Part shown: positions 1-9,382 of the stretch, piece after piece
Numbering within the stretch: the stretch's first letter is position 1
Layout: every line of letters starts with the position of its first letter
Origin: a virus
Lineage: Duplodnaviria > Caudoviricetes
IMG/VR virus record: IMGVR_UViG_3300045410_000054
Span: 1 to 54,020 of that record
Strand: one strand, 5' to 3'
Length of the DNA stretch: 54,020 nucleotides
The notes under the pieces: model-generated
The model's database searches: none
Told to the model about the DNA's origin: nothing
The model's input: the letters and a program-made list of their open reading frames with translations, nothing else
Program-made: the position numbers and the translations under genes

Positions 1-159
1 GGGCGCCCCGGCCGGGGCGGGCGGCGGGCACCCGGACCCCCCCCCCCGCCCGTCACCGCGCCGGCGGCACCCAGCTACCCGCCCGCCGTAGCCACGTGGC
101 CTACCGGACCGGCCGGGCACCCGTGCGAGGTGCGCCATGAGCCGCGGGCGGGTGCCGCC

Positions 160-291
160 TCACGCGGTGTACGCGCGCAGCCAGTCCCGGATCACTTCCG
201 ACAGGGTGCGACCCTCCTGGTGTGCCTTCGCCAGCGCGGGCAACCATAGCTGGTCGTTGACCCGCAGGTTGCGGACCTTAGTCCGGGGCAT
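160..291 (-). CDS. ribbon-helix-helix DNA-binding protein (43 aa, not in ORF track)
   Basis: Manual translation MPRTKVRNLRVNDQLWLPALAKAHQEGRTLSEVIRDWLRAYTA shows the RHH beta-strand plus 'GRTLSEVIR' helix pattern; abuts the upstream ORF. Confidence 0.75.
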   Translation of the reverse strand: MPRTKVRNLRVNDQLWLPALAKAHQEGRTLSEVIRDWLRAYTA

Positions 292-292
292 C

Positions 293-508
293 TCAGAACC
301 CCCGGCCGCTGACGAGGACCGCGTTTACCCGGTCGCTGACCTCGTTGGCCTCGTCGAGGTCCATCTCGTCGAGGCCGGCGTAGCTGTTGGCGTCAACGTA
401 ATCGTGCAGCTCGGAGAAGCTGCACACCGCGGAGGGCACGGTGCCGTTGTCGATGTCCTGACGGATCTCGGCCAGCACCTGGGTTACCAGGGTGTCGGTG
501 TGGGTCAT
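293..508 (-). CDS. small acidic hypothetical protein
   Basis: ORF MTHTDTLV..., RBS GAAGGGG upstream, co-transcribed with the RHH gene. Confidence 0.7.
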   Translation of the reverse strand: MTHTDTLVTQVLAEIRQDIDNGTVPSAVCSFSELHDYVDANSYAGLDEMDLDEANEVSDRVNAVLVSGRGF

Positions 509-527
509 TGTCTCGCCCCTTCGGTCT

Positions 528-570
528 CTCGTGTAAGTACACCGTACCATGGTGTACTTACACGAGTCAA
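528..570 (-). promoter_or_regulatory. sigma70-type promoter overlapped by a 16-bp inverted-repeat operator
   Basis: CTCGTGTAAGTACACC-N7-GGTGTACTTACACGAG (528-543/551-566); minus strand reads TTGACT-N18-TACGGT. Confidence 0.75.
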
Positions 571-615
571 GCCCTGGCTGCTGCCAGACCGGAGCGCCCC
601 CCTAAGGGGTGTGCG

Positions 616-1671
616 GTGAAGCCCCGGGTCGCCGAACTGTGCGCCGGCTACGGCGGGCTGTACCTGTCGATGCGGGCCGCCGGCTGGCCGGTGGAGCTCG
701 CCTGGACGGCGGAGACTGACCCGGACGCGTCGGCTGTGCTCGCCGCCCACCACCCGGGCGTGCCCAACGTCGGGGATATCGCCATCGCCCAGTTCACCGC
801 CTGCGAGCCGGTCGACGTGCTCGCCTGCGGGTACCCGTGCCAGCCGTTCTCCGCCGCCGGCCTCCGGAAGGGACTCGACGATGAGCGATGGATCTGGCCT
901 GATGTCGCGCGAGCCGTTCGCCTGGTACGACCCCGATGGGTGCTGCTGGAAAATGTGCCAGGCCACCTTGCATGGGGATTTCCCCGAGTGGTCGCGGACC
1001 TGGCCGGCCTCGGGTACGTGGGATCTTGGACATGCGTACGCGCGTCCGACGTGGGAGCCCCGCACCGGCGGGAACGGCTGTTCGTCCTTGCTGCCGACGC
1101 CGACCGCCACGCCGTACGGCCGGAACCTGTCACCGTCGGAGCACGCAACGGTGCGGCCGTCGCTGGCCACGATCGCGCGGGAGCTAACCTGAGCCTGCTG
1201 CCGACGGTGACCGCCCGCGACCACAAGGGGCACAACCAGCGCGGCGATGACACCTGTCTCGCCGGTGCGCTGCTGCCGACGCCGACGTCGGCCAACTCGC
1301 ACGGAAACCACGTGAACAACCGCGGAGACCTGCTGCTGCCGGGTGCCGTCCAGCCGGACCGCTGGGGCCGGTACGCCCCCGCCGTCGCCCGGTGGGGAAC
1401 CGTGCTCGGCCGGCCAGCGCCCGACCCCACCGAACCCGGCACGCGCGGCCAGCCGCGGCTGTCGGCCCGGTTCGTGGAGTGGCTGATGGGCCTGCCGGCC
1501 GGCTGGGTCACCGACCATGTCGGCCGCAGCGCCGCCCTGCGCATCCTCGGCAACGGCGTGGTGCCACAACAGGGCGCCCACGCGCTCATCCACCTGGACC
1601 CGCCGGGTGGCGCGGTGCCTGCGCCCTGCGCCGCCGCGCCGCCCGGCACTCACCCGAAGGGACCACGATGA
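616..1671 (+). CDS. C5-cytosine DNA methyltransferase
   Basis: Motifs ELCAGYGG (I), GYPCQPFS (IV), ENV (VI), RERLF (VIII), VEWLMGLP (IX), LGNGVVP (X). Confidence 0.92.
   Translation: MKPRVAELCAGYGGLYLSMRAAGWPVELAWTAETDPDASAVLAAHHPGVPNVGDIAIAQFTACEPVDVLACGYPCQPFSAAGLRKGLDDERWIWPDVARAVRLVRPRWVLLENVPGHLAWGFPRVVADLAGLGYVGSWTCVRASDVGAPHRRERLFVLAADADRHAVRPEPVTVGARNGAAVAGHDRAGANLSLLPTVTARDHKGHNQRGDDTCLAGALLPTPTSANSHGNHVNNRGDLLLPGAVQPDRWGRYAPAVARWGTVLGRPAPDPTEPGTRGQPRLSARFVEWLMGLPAGWVTDHVGRSAALRILGNGVVPQQGAHALIHLDPPGGAVPAPCAAAPPGTHPKGPR
902..1192 (+). CDS. alternative-frame ORF nested in the methyltransferase (beta-subunit-like)
   Basis: MSREPFAWYDPD...WPASG...SSLLPTPTA; carries the same LLPTP repeat as the main-frame C-terminus. 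Confidence 0.5.
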   Translation: MSREPFAWYDPDGCCWKMCQATLHGDFPEWSRTWPASGTWDLGHAYARPTWEPRTGGNGCSSLLPTPTATPYGRNLSPSEHATVRPSLATIARELT

Positions 1672-2021
1672 CCACCAGCACCGACATCGCCATCCGGCTC
1701 GCCACCGTCGCATCCGCCGTGCGCCACGTGTACGGCGTCACCACCGACGCGACGCTCACGCTCCACTGCGTCCAGGACGACACCGACGGCGTGACCCAGC
1801 TCGCCGCCGCGCTCGGCCTGCCCAAGCCCACCGAGCGGCGGCTCGGCGGCAGCCGCCACCTGGCCGCCACCACCACGATCGCCGAAACGCCGACGGTCAC
1901 GGTCATGTGCTCACTCAGCGCGGAGACGCGGGAGCAGGCACGCGCGCGGCTCGCCGCCGAGCTCCAGCAGCTCGACCGCGAGATAGCAGCCAACGGGGCG
2001 GTGGCACATGCAGCTACGTGA
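1668..2021 (+). CDS. hypothetical protein
   Basis: ATGA overlap with upstream stop, RBS GAAGGGA. Confidence 0.7.
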   Translation: MTTSTDIAIRLATVASAVRHVYGVTTDATLTLHCVQDDTDGVTQLAAALGLPKPTERRLGGSRHLAATTTIAETPTVTVMCSLSAETREQARARLAAELQQLDREIAANGAVAHAAT

Positions 2022-2541
2022 CCGGGTCTCAGCCCCGCTGCTGAGCACAGAACCCGCCGTTGACTGGCGGGCCCGCGCCGCGTGCGTCGGCATGGACCCG
2101 GAGCTGTTTTTCATCCCCGGCGAAAAGCTGACCACCGCAGCTCAGGCCCAGGTCGACCAGGCGGTGGCGGTGTGCGCCGGCTGCCCCGTCACGGCCGAAT
2201 GCAGCCAGTTCGCCGACGAGAAGCACGCCACACACGGGGTCTGGGGCGGGCAACTGCGAGAGCGGCTGAGCACGAAGATGCGGCTGTGTGAGCAGTGCCC
2301 CCGGCTGTTCTCACCCCGCCGCGCCGACCAACGGTTCTGCTCCCACGAGTGCCACCACGAGTCGCTTCGGCGGAGCAACTGCGGCACCACCACCGGCGCG
2401 CGCGGCCACCGCAAGCGTGGTGAGCCGGTCGACGCGGCCTGTCAGATGGCCGAGGCGCTGTACCGCGCCCGCCGCGCCCGCAACCGCCGCGAACGCAAAG
2501 AACGCGCCGCCGCCAACCAGTCGGAAAGGACACTGCCATGA
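2008..2541 (+). CDS. whiB: WhiB-family transcription factor with C-terminal Cys-rich extensions
   Basis: WRARAAC..DPELFF...AVCAGCPV..EC...GVWGG; extra CxxC...FCSxxC and CGT...H...C motifs. Confidence 0.9.
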   Translation: MQLRDRVSAPLLSTEPAVDWRARAACVGMDPELFFIPGEKLTTAAQAQVDQAVAVCAGCPVTAECSQFADEKHATHGVWGGQLRERLSTKMRLCEQCPRLFSPRRADQRFCSHECHHESLRRSNCGTTTGARGHRKRGEPVDAACQMAEALYRARRARNRRERKERAAANQSERTLP

Positions 2542-3125
2542 TCCAGAAGCTGATCGTCATGCTCGCCACCGCGGCAATTGCCGCGCTGTGGCTGTGGTCC
2601 GGCGCCCGGGGCCGGGCCGCCGCGCCGGCCACCCGCGCCCCAGCGCCCCAGGCGTGGCGACCCACCCTGACCCTGATCCTCAGCCCCCTACGCGTGGCCC
2701 GCTGGGCGGTAGCCGGCTGGGCATGGCGGTCCGCCGCCCGCGCCGACCAGCTCGAGCTGGCCACCGCCGCGGCGCTGCTGGCGTTCGACGCGCCGCCCGT
2801 GGCGGAGCTGCCGCCGTGGCGCTCAACCCGACCAGTCGACGACCGGTGCCCCAACCCCAGCTGCGGCTCCAGGCGCTGCCGGCCGTGGTGGGAGGGACGC
2901 GACTGCGAAGCCGACCAGCACCAGCGGCCAGCCGCCTACGCCGCCGGCCACCCGCTACCCGCACCCGGCCGGCACAGCATGGCCGTGCGCATCCCCGCCT
3001 ACTGGCGCCGGGTTCAGATCGCCAACCGGCGCCTGGCGGTGCAGCTCGACCCGACGTGGTGGGCGCACCGGCTCGGCCGGCCGGTGCAGCTTGCCGGCCA
3101 CGCCCGGACGTGGAGGCTCCCGTGA
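2538..3125 (+). CDS. hypothetical protein with N-terminal membrane anchor
   Basis: 4-bp overlaps at both ends, hydrophobic N-terminus. Confidence 0.6.
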   Translation: MIQKLIVMLATAAIAALWLWSGARGRAAAPATRAPAPQAWRPTLTLILSPLRVARWAVAGWAWRSAARADQLELATAAALLAFDAPPVAELPPWRSTRPVDDRCPNPSCGSRRCRPWWEGRDCEADQHQRPAAYAAGHPLPAPGRHSMAVRIPAYWRRVQIANRRLAVQLDPTWWAHRLGRPVQLAGHARTWRLP

Positions 3126-3571
3126 GCGCCCGACTCAGCGAAGCGGACCGCCAGACGATCGCGCAAGCTCAGCGGGCCGTCTCCACGCTGGTCACCGAGT
3201 GGTTGGCGCTGCGCATGGTCATCGCCGAGATGGAGGAGGCCGAGCACCCGCCGATCACCGACGCCCTCGGCCGGGCGTGGACCTGGAAGCCCGGCGGCCC
3301 CCGCGACCGGCAGGGGAACGACTGCAGCACCCTCTACGGCCACGACGGAATGGCGTGGCCCCGCGAATGGGTCGAACACCCGGGCATCGGCTGGCCGCGG
3401 GCGGACGCGCTGGACAACCCCAACTCCCGGTGGTGCGAGCTGTGCCGCGCCGGGGCCACCGCAGCAGCCGAGCAGACGCCGGCTCCCGCCCCGTCACCGG
3501 GCGGTGTGGTGACGGTGGAACTGCCTGACGCTGAGGCGATAGCCGCCCGGCTGAAGGTGGGGCTGCCGTGA
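3122..3571 (+). CDS. hypothetical protein
   Basis: GTGA-coupled ORF in the early operon. Confidence 0.6.
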   Translation: MSARLSEADRQTIAQAQRAVSTLVTEWLALRMVIAEMEEAEHPPITDALGRAWTWKPGGPRDRQGNDCSTLYGHDGMAWPREWVEHPGIGWPRADALDNPNSRWCELCRAGATAAAEQTPAPAPSPGGVVTVELPDAEAIAARLKVGLP

Positions 3572-3765
3572 TCGCCACCGCGGTACTCGCCCTCGCCACC
3601 GCCACATGCGCCCGGCACACCGACGGCTGCCCCGTATGCCAGGACCCGCCCGACATCACCCGCGGCCCCCGCCCGGCGTGCCACGCCGGCCGGCAGCTGC
3701 ACCTGCGCCACGCCCGGGCGTGGCGGGGCGCGGTCATCGCACTGTCCACCCGGGGCCGGCCATGA
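3568..3765 (+). CDS. small Cys/His-rich hypothetical protein
   Basis: Coupled ORF. Confidence 0.5.
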   Translation: MIATAVLALATATCARHTDGCPVCQDPPDITRGPRPACHAGRQLHLRHARAWRGAVIALSTRGRP

Positions 3766-3995
3766 CCGCCGGCCGGGTCACCACCAGCACCAGCGACTAC
3801 AGAGGCGTGCGGCTGGTCGTCATGCGCGACCGTTGGGTGTGGCGCCGCTGGCGGTGGCTGGTGTTCGAGCAGTACTCGCCCTACCAGACCGACGGCCGGG
3901 CGTTCCGCCGCGCCACCGCGACCGCCCACGGCGAGCTGGTGCGCGCGCTGCGCATCGGCGCCAGCAACGTGCCGCCAGACAGGAGGGCGCTGTGA
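3762..3995 (+). CDS. hypothetical protein
   Basis: Coupled ORF. Confidence 0.5.
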   Translation: MTAGRVTTSTSDYRGVRLVVMRDRWVWRRWRWLVFEQYSPYQTDGRAFRRATATAHGELVRALRIGASNVPPDRRAL

Positions 3996-4795
3996 GCCGC
4001 TACACCCCACCCATCCGGCGGGTGGACACCGCCAAGGGCCACCACTACAAGGACGCCCGCGGCGAACGCGTCCCCGGCGTCACCACCATCATCGACAACG
4101 GGCCGCGGAAGAAGGCCATCGAGAACTGGAACGCCACCGCCACCGCCGAGTACGCCATCGACCACTGGGACGAGCTGGCCGCGCTCGCACCCGCCGCCCG
4201 GCAGAAGAAGCTACTCGGCGCCCGGTACGAGACCACCGACAAGGCGAAGAACCGCGGCACCGAAGTGCACCACGCGGCGGAGAAACTGCTCGCCGGCCAG
4301 CCGGTGCAGGTGCCGGAGGAGATCGCCGGCCACTGCGAGGCGTACGCCCGGTTCATGGACGAGTTCAAGGTGGAGCCGGTGCACGTCGAGTTCTCGTGCG
4401 TGTCGTACCGGTGGGGGTACGCCGGCACCGCCGACCTGTGCGCACACATCCAGCTTCCCGACCGCGGCCGGCCGCTGCTGCTGATGGACCTGAAAACCTC
4501 CCGGTCCGGCATCTTCGGCGAGACCGCGCTCCAGCTTGCCGCCTACCGCTACGCCGACAAGTGGGTCATCGGCGGTGAGGAGATCGAGCCGGCAGAGGTC
4601 GACCACTGCGCCGGGATTCACGTCCGCGGCGACGGTTACCAGCTGGTCCCGGTCGAGGCCGGCGACCAGGAGTTCAAGGACTTCCTCTACGCCCAGCGGA
4701 TCGGCCAGTTCCTCGACCGGTCGCGGGACCTGATCGGCCCGGCGATCGTCCCGCCCACCATGTCCACGTTCCGACTCACGAGGGAGCAGCAGTGA
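3992..4795 (+). CDS. PD-(D/E)XK exonuclease (RecB/Cas4-like)
   Basis: PGVTTI, RGTEVH, YAGTADL, DLKTS, QLAAY motifs. Confidence 0.85.
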   Translation: MSRYTPPIRRVDTAKGHHYKDARGERVPGVTTIIDNGPRKKAIENWNATATAEYAIDHWDELAALAPAARQKKLLGARYETTDKAKNRGTEVHHAAEKLLAGQPVQVPEEIAGHCEAYARFMDEFKVEPVHVEFSCVSYRWGYAGTADLCAHIQLPDRGRPLLLMDLKTSRSGIFGETALQLAAYRYADKWVIGGEEIEPAEVDHCAGIHVRGDGYQLVPVEAGDQEFKDFLYAQRIGQFLDRSRDLIGPAIVPPTMSTFRLTREQQ

Positions 4796-5463
4796 AGACC
4801 ACGCAGTACGTCAGGCAGGAGAAGGCGATCGCAGCCGCCGACAAGGGCGGTATCCGGGAGCGGTGGATGTGGGGGCTGCGGCTGCTGCGCGACCCGGACG
4901 CATTCGCGCCCGGCAGCAGCCAGCTGAGGCCGGGCGTCGCCGATGAGCAGATCGCGGCGGCCACGAGCGGTGGCCTAAAGCTATCTGCGCGTGAGATCCA
5001 GTACCGGCTCCGGTGTGCCCGGGCCTACCCGACAGAGGCAGAAATTGCGCAGGCGCTTGCGCAATTTGAGACCTGGTGGGCATTGATCCAGGCCGATTTT
5101 CCGGCCTACGAGACGCCCGACGATGAGCCGCCGGCCGACCATCGCACGCCCGCCGAGCAGAGGCACGCCCGCGCCCGGGCGCTGATGGACCTGGTCGGCC
5201 AGCAGGCCACGTTGTTCGACGTCAGCCAGTTCGAGCCCATCACCACCACCCTCGAAGACCTGGAGAAGTACGCCGTGGAAATGGATGAGGTGACTGCCCG
5301 GTTCGCCGAGCGCGACCGGCAACGCCGCGCCTACCTGAACAGCCTGATCAACGCGGCCGGCGGCGACATGTCCATGACCTGGCGCGAGGCGCAGGACCGA
5401 CTGAACGCGGCCGAGCCGGACGCCCGCGACGACACCTACGAGCAGGAAGACCCCCCGCTATGA
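4792..5463 (+). CDS. hypothetical protein, possible helical DNA-binding domain
   Basis: Coupled ORF; LSAREIQYRLRCARAYP resembles an HTH-like segment. Confidence 0.6.
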   Translation: MKTTQYVRQEKAIAAADKGGIRERWMWGLRLLRDPDAFAPGSSQLRPGVADEQIAAATSGGLKLSAREIQYRLRCARAYPTEAEIAQALAQFETWWALIQADFPAYETPDDEPPADHRTPAEQRHARARALMDLVGQQATLFDVSQFEPITTTLEDLEKYAVEMDEVTARFAERDRQRRAYLNSLINAAGGDMSMTWREAQDRLNAAEPDARDDTYEQEDPPL

Positions 5464-6470
5464 CCACCACCGACATCGCACGCCTCGACCAGACCGCAGC
5501 CGTCGCCCTACACAACGGCAACGACGCGCTCGCCCGACTCGGCCAGTGGGTCACCGCCGCCCAGCAAGCCCACACACTCGTGAGCCCGCTGGTCGAAACC
5601 CCGTTCGTCCCCGACGCCTACCGCCCGAAGGTCGACCCCCGCGCCACCCCGGAGGAGAAGGCCGCCGCCCGCAACATCGCCGTCGCCAACGCCACCGCTG
5701 CCGTGCTGCAAGGGATCACGCTCGGGCTGGACCCGCTGACCGCGCTACAGCAGATCTACGTCATCCACGGCCGGCCCGGCATGTACGCCGAGGCGATGGT
5801 GGCGCTGGTGAAGGCCGCCGGTCACGAGGTGTGGACAGAGGACCTGTCCGACTCCCGCGCGGTCGTCTGCGGCCGGCGCCGGGGTGAGACCCACGTCGAG
5901 CGGGTCATCATCACCATGGACCAGGCCAAGAAAGCCGGCTGGACATCTAACCAGGCGTACGTGAAGACCCCGCAGGACATGCTGTACGCCCGCGCCGCCG
6001 GCCGGGCGTGCAAGCGGACCGCGCCCGAGGTGCTGCTCGGGATCGCCAGCGTTGAGGAGATCCAGGACACGATCCAGGCCACGGCGGAGGTCGGCCCGGC
6101 GACCCGGACAGTGTCGCCGCGGCGGACCCGGCGGGCGTTGCCGCCGGTTCAGGAGATGTCGGCCGAGGAACCGCCGCTGGACGAGGAGCCGGCGGTGGCC
6201 GAGCCGGACAAGCCGGCGCCGGTCACGGGCCAGACCAAGAAGATGTACGCGCTGCTGCGCCAGTCCGGGCGGGAGGACAAGGACACCGCGCTGGTCTACA
6301 TCGCCGGGGTGGTCGGCCGGCCGGTGGAGTCCACCAAGGACCTGAGCAAGGCGGAGGTGAGCCAGGTCATCGACGCGTTGGATGCGCCGGAGCCGTCCGA
6401 GACCGAGGAGCCGCCGCTGGCCGACTGGCCGGCCGCCGCCGAGCCCGGAAGCGGAACCACCGATGGGTGA
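5460..6470 (+). CDS. RecT-like single-strand annealing protein
   Basis: LQQIYVIHGRP...AKKAGW...PQDMLYARA pattern; lies near the exonuclease. Confidence 0.65.
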   Translation: MTTTDIARLDQTAAVALHNGNDALARLGQWVTAAQQAHTLVSPLVETPFVPDAYRPKVDPRATPEEKAAARNIAVANATAAVLQGITLGLDPLTALQQIYVIHGRPGMYAEAMVALVKAAGHEVWTEDLSDSRAVVCGRRRGETHVERVIITMDQAKKAGWTSNQAYVKTPQDMLYARAAGRACKRTAPEVLLGIASVEEIQDTIQATAEVGPATRTVSPRRTRRALPPVQEMSAEEPPLDEEPAVAEPDKPAPVTGQTKKMYALLRQSGREDKDTALVYIAGVVGRPVESTKDLSKAEVSQVIDALDAPEPSETEEPPLADWPAAAEPGSGTTDG

Positions 6471-6999
6471 CCCGCGCGTCATCGGGCTGGACCTGTCGCT
6501 CGCATCAACCGGCGTGGCCGGCAACGCCGGCGGCGGGTGGGTCGCGCGGATCCGCACCCAGGCCAGCACCGAACCCGCCCAGCTGGCCCGGCTGCGCTGG
6601 ATCCGCGGCGCGGTCATGGACTACGTCCGCCACGCCGACCTGGTGATGGTCGAGGGGCTGGCGATGGCCTCGACCACCGGCCGGCACCTCACCCGCGCCG
6701 GACTGTGGCACATGGTCATGGACCGGATCGACGCCGCCGGCATCCCCTGGTCCGAGGTCTCGCCGGGGACGCTGAAGCGGTACGCCACCGGCAAAGGCAA
6801 CGCGTCCAAAGACGCCGTGCTCGCCGCGGTCGTCAGGCGGTTCCCCGCCGTCGAGGTCACCAACGCCGACCAGGCCGACGCGCTCGTGCTCGCCGCCATG
6901 GGTGCAGACCACCTCGGCCACCCGCTGGTCCCCATGCCCGCCGCACACCGCGCCGCGCTCGACGCCGTGGCGTGGCCCGACCAGAAAGGACCATCATGA
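6463..6999 (+). CDS. RuvC-like Holliday junction resolvase
   Basis: IGLDLSLASTG, VEG, LKRYATGKGNASK, DQADA. Confidence 0.85.
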   Translation: MGDPRVIGLDLSLASTGVAGNAGGGWVARIRTQASTEPAQLARLRWIRGAVMDYVRHADLVMVEGLAMASTTGRHLTRAGLWHMVMDRIDAAGIPWSEVSPGTLKRYATGKGNASKDAVLAAVVRRFPAVEVTNADQADALVLAAMGADHLGHPLVPMPAAHRAALDAVAWPDQKGPS

Positions 7000-7481
7000 C
7001 CACCTACACCACGGCGCCCGAAGTCGAGCGCATCGCCGACCGGCTGATCGAAGAACACCACAAGCACCTCGTTGGCATCCCGATCAGGTATGTGTTCCGC
7101 GACAAGGCCGCCAGCAGCCGCGGAAAGCTCGTGCTCGGCAAGGCGCGCAAGTCCACCGGCCTGAACGCGACGCTGGTGCACCTGGTCCGGCATGACGAAC
7201 CACCCGACCGCGTCGACTTCTTCGTCATCGAGATCGCGCTGGACACATGGCGCGCCCTAACTGACGCCCAGAAGACGGCGCTGGTCGACCACGAGCTGTC
7301 GCACTGCCTCACCGAAGTGCCCGACGGCCTGGACGATGACGTGACGCTGGTCCTGGCGGGACACGACATGGAGGAGTTCGCCGCCGTCGTACGGCGTCAC
7401 GGGCTGTGGCGGTCGGACCTTGAGACGTTCATGGTCAACTCGCAGCAGCCGACACTACACGAGACGATGGCCGGGGACTGA
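6996..7481 (+). CDS. putative phage metallopeptidase
   Basis: ALVDHELSH (HExxH) and HDMEEF motifs. Confidence 0.75.
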   Translation: MTTYTTAPEVERIADRLIEEHHKHLVGIPIRYVFRDKAASSRGKLVLGKARKSTGLNATLVHLVRHDEPPDRVDFFVIEIALDTWRALTDAQKTALVDHELSHCLTEVPDGLDDDVTLVLAGHDMEEFAAVVRRHGLWRSDLETFMVNSQQPTLHETMAGD

Positions 7482-7484
7482 GCG

Positions 7485-7727
7485 ATGGTCGCCTACGTTG
7501 CGGATCCCGGCTCCGGCAAGCCGACGTGCACCGACTGCGCCGTCGGCGCGTGCGTGTCCGTCGCCGGCTGGCACTGCCAGGCGGAGGCGTGCCGCTGCGG
7601 CTGCCGGCCCGACCCCGACGACCGGCACCCGGACAAGCTGGCCGTCATCGCCGCCGAACTCGCAGCCGAACGGACCGGGTCGCTGCGGGACCTGCAAGCC
7701 GAGCGGTACCGGGGCGGTGGGCGATGA
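7485..7727 (+). CDS. small Cys-rich hypothetical protein
   Basis: CxxC...C...C...CxCxC. Confidence 0.5.
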   Translation: MVAYVADPGSGKPTCTDCAVGACVSVAGWHCQAEACRCGCRPDPDDRHPDKLAVIAAELAAERTGSLRDLQAERYRGGGR

Positions 7728-7885
7728 ACCTGCACCTGCCCCACCCGCGTCGGGCCGCCCGGGCTCGCCGCGCCGCCATGGAACGGCGGATCGCCGTGGC
7801 CGTAGCCCGGGCGCACCTGGCCGACCGGACAGAGCAGACATGGGACTGGGCCGCCGAGCTCGAGCGGCGAAGGAGTCGGCCGTGA
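7724..7885 (+). CDS. hypothetical protein
   Basis: ATGA/GTGA-coupled ORF. Confidence 0.45.
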   Translation: MNLHLPHPRRAARARRAAMERRIAVAVARAHLADRTEQTWDWAAELERRRSRP

Positions 7886-8154
7886 GCGACGACCTCGACG
7901 CCGTGCTCCGGCGTACCGGCTGCACCTACCGGCAGCTCGACCACTGGACCCGCCGTGGCTGGCTCCACCCCACCGGCGGGGGTGGCTTCGGACTGCGCCG
8001 CGTGTGGCCGGAGGAGGAGATCCGTGTCGCCCGCACCATGCGCCGGCTGGTCGACGTCGGGCTGATCCCGGCAGCTGCTGCGGTGGTTGCCCGAGGGAAG
8101 CCGGGTGCCGCCATGGGGCTGGCCCCGGGGATTGTGATTGAGGTGCAGCCGTGA
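7882..8154 (+). CDS. MerR-family HTH protein
   Basis: GCTYRQLDHWTRRGWLHP...RRVW. Confidence 0.8.
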   Translation: MSDDLDAVLRRTGCTYRQLDHWTRRGWLHPTGGGGFGLRRVWPEEEIRVARTMRRLVDVGLIPAAAAVVARGKPGAAMGLAPGIVIEVQP

Positions 8155-8387
8155 GCGCGGTGTGGCTGGCCGCCAGCGCCGCACTCGGGCGGCCGGTGCG
8201 GGTCGGCGAGACGTATCCGCATGTTTGCGGGTCCATCGTCACCGGCCGGGTGACCGGCCGGGAGATTCGGTTGTGGAAGCGGGATTGCGCGGCGTGCGCG
8301 TGGGAGGCCGGGCAGAAGCGGCGTGAGGTTGAGGTGACCGAGCAGATGTTGGCGGCGGAGCGGCGAAGGGTGGGGGAGCGGGAGTGA
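8151..8387 (+). CDS. hypothetical protein
   Basis: Coupled ORF. Confidence 0.5.
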   Translation: MSAVWLAASAALGRPVRVGETYPHVCGSIVTGRVTGREIRLWKRDCAACAWEAGQKRREVEVTEQMLAAERRRVGERE

Positions 8388-9382
8388 ACGAGCTGGAGAA
8401 GTTGAGCCAAGCCGAGCGGATGCTGGCCGAGGTGGCCACGGTTGAGGACGCGCTGAACGTCGTCGACTTCGCCGAGGCCGCCAGGGTGTTTGCTCAGCGG
8501 GCCAAGCTCGGGACTCACGCGATCAACCACGCCACCACCGTGAAGGTGCGCGCGGAGCGGCGGCTAGCGGACGTCGTGGACGAAGGCCAGGCGGCGGGGG
8601 TCATCGCGACAAAGACCAGTGTGAATAAGCGATATCCGGAGGGCGGAGATCGACCAGCGAAGCTAGCCGATATTGGGGTTAAGGTCCAACGCCTTGCCGA
8701 GGCCCGGCTGCTCCGTGACGCGTACAGCGATGACGAGGTGCTAGCGCTCGCCGAGATTGCCGACGATGGCGACCACGAGCTGTCGCGCAAGGCGCTACTC
8801 AAGCAGGCCCGGGCCAGGGCCATCGGTAACACCCCCGCCGTGTCCAGCGTGGTGGACGGCGAAGTCGGGACCATCGTCGCCGACCCGCCATGGCGGTACG
8901 GCAACACCTCTACCCGCGGCGCCGCCCAGGACCACTACCCGACCATGAGCGTCGAGGAGATCGCGGCGCTGCCGGTGGCAGACAAGCACACCGGCGAGCA
9001 AGCTCACCTCTACCTGTGGGCCACCGCCGGCCACCTCCCGCAAGCCTTCGGCATCATGGCCGCGTGGGGCTTCACCTACAAGACGTACCTGGTCTGGGCC
9101 AAGCCGCAGATGGGCATGGGCAACTACTTCCGCGTGTCCACCGAGCTGGTTCTGTTCGGCATCAAGGGTGAGCTGCGCACCCGCGACCGGGCCATCATGA
9201 ACTGGTTTGAGGCGCCGCGCGGTAGGCACTCCGCCAAGCCAGAGAGCTTCTACGACATGGTCATGAAGGCCAGTCCCGGCCCGTACCTGGAGATGTTCGC
9301 CCGGTGCCGGAAGTCCAACCAGCTCATCTGCGGATGCGCACGATGCCGGCTCGACTGGCAAGTCTGGGGAAACGAATCATGA
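8384..9382 (+). CDS. MT-A70 (IME4-like) N6-adenine methyltransferase with helical N-terminal domain
   Basis: IVADPPW, YPTM, HLYLWAT, GMGNYFR, HSAKP, LEMFAR, WGNE. Confidence 0.9.
   Translation: MNELEKLSQAERMLAEVATVEDALNVVDFAEAARVFAQRAKLGTHAINHATTVKVRAERRLADVVDEGQAAGVIATKTSVNKRYPEGGDRPAKLADIGVKVQRLAEARLLRDAYSDDEVLALAEIADDGDHELSRKALLKQARARAIGNTPAVSSVVDGEVGTIVADPPWRYGNTSTRGAAQDHYPTMSVEEIAALPVADKHTGEQAHLYLWATAGHLPQAFGIMAAWGFTYKTYLVWAKPQMGMGNYFRVSTELVLFGIKGELRTRDRAIMNWFEAPRGRHSAKPESFYDMVMKASPGPYLEMFARCRKSNQLICGCARCRLDWQVWGNES

Noticed and set aside
1-130. Terminal repeats or telomere-like ends
   Set aside because: Both ends are GC-rich low-complexity sequence with C runs and show no clear direct or inverted match; likely an assembly break
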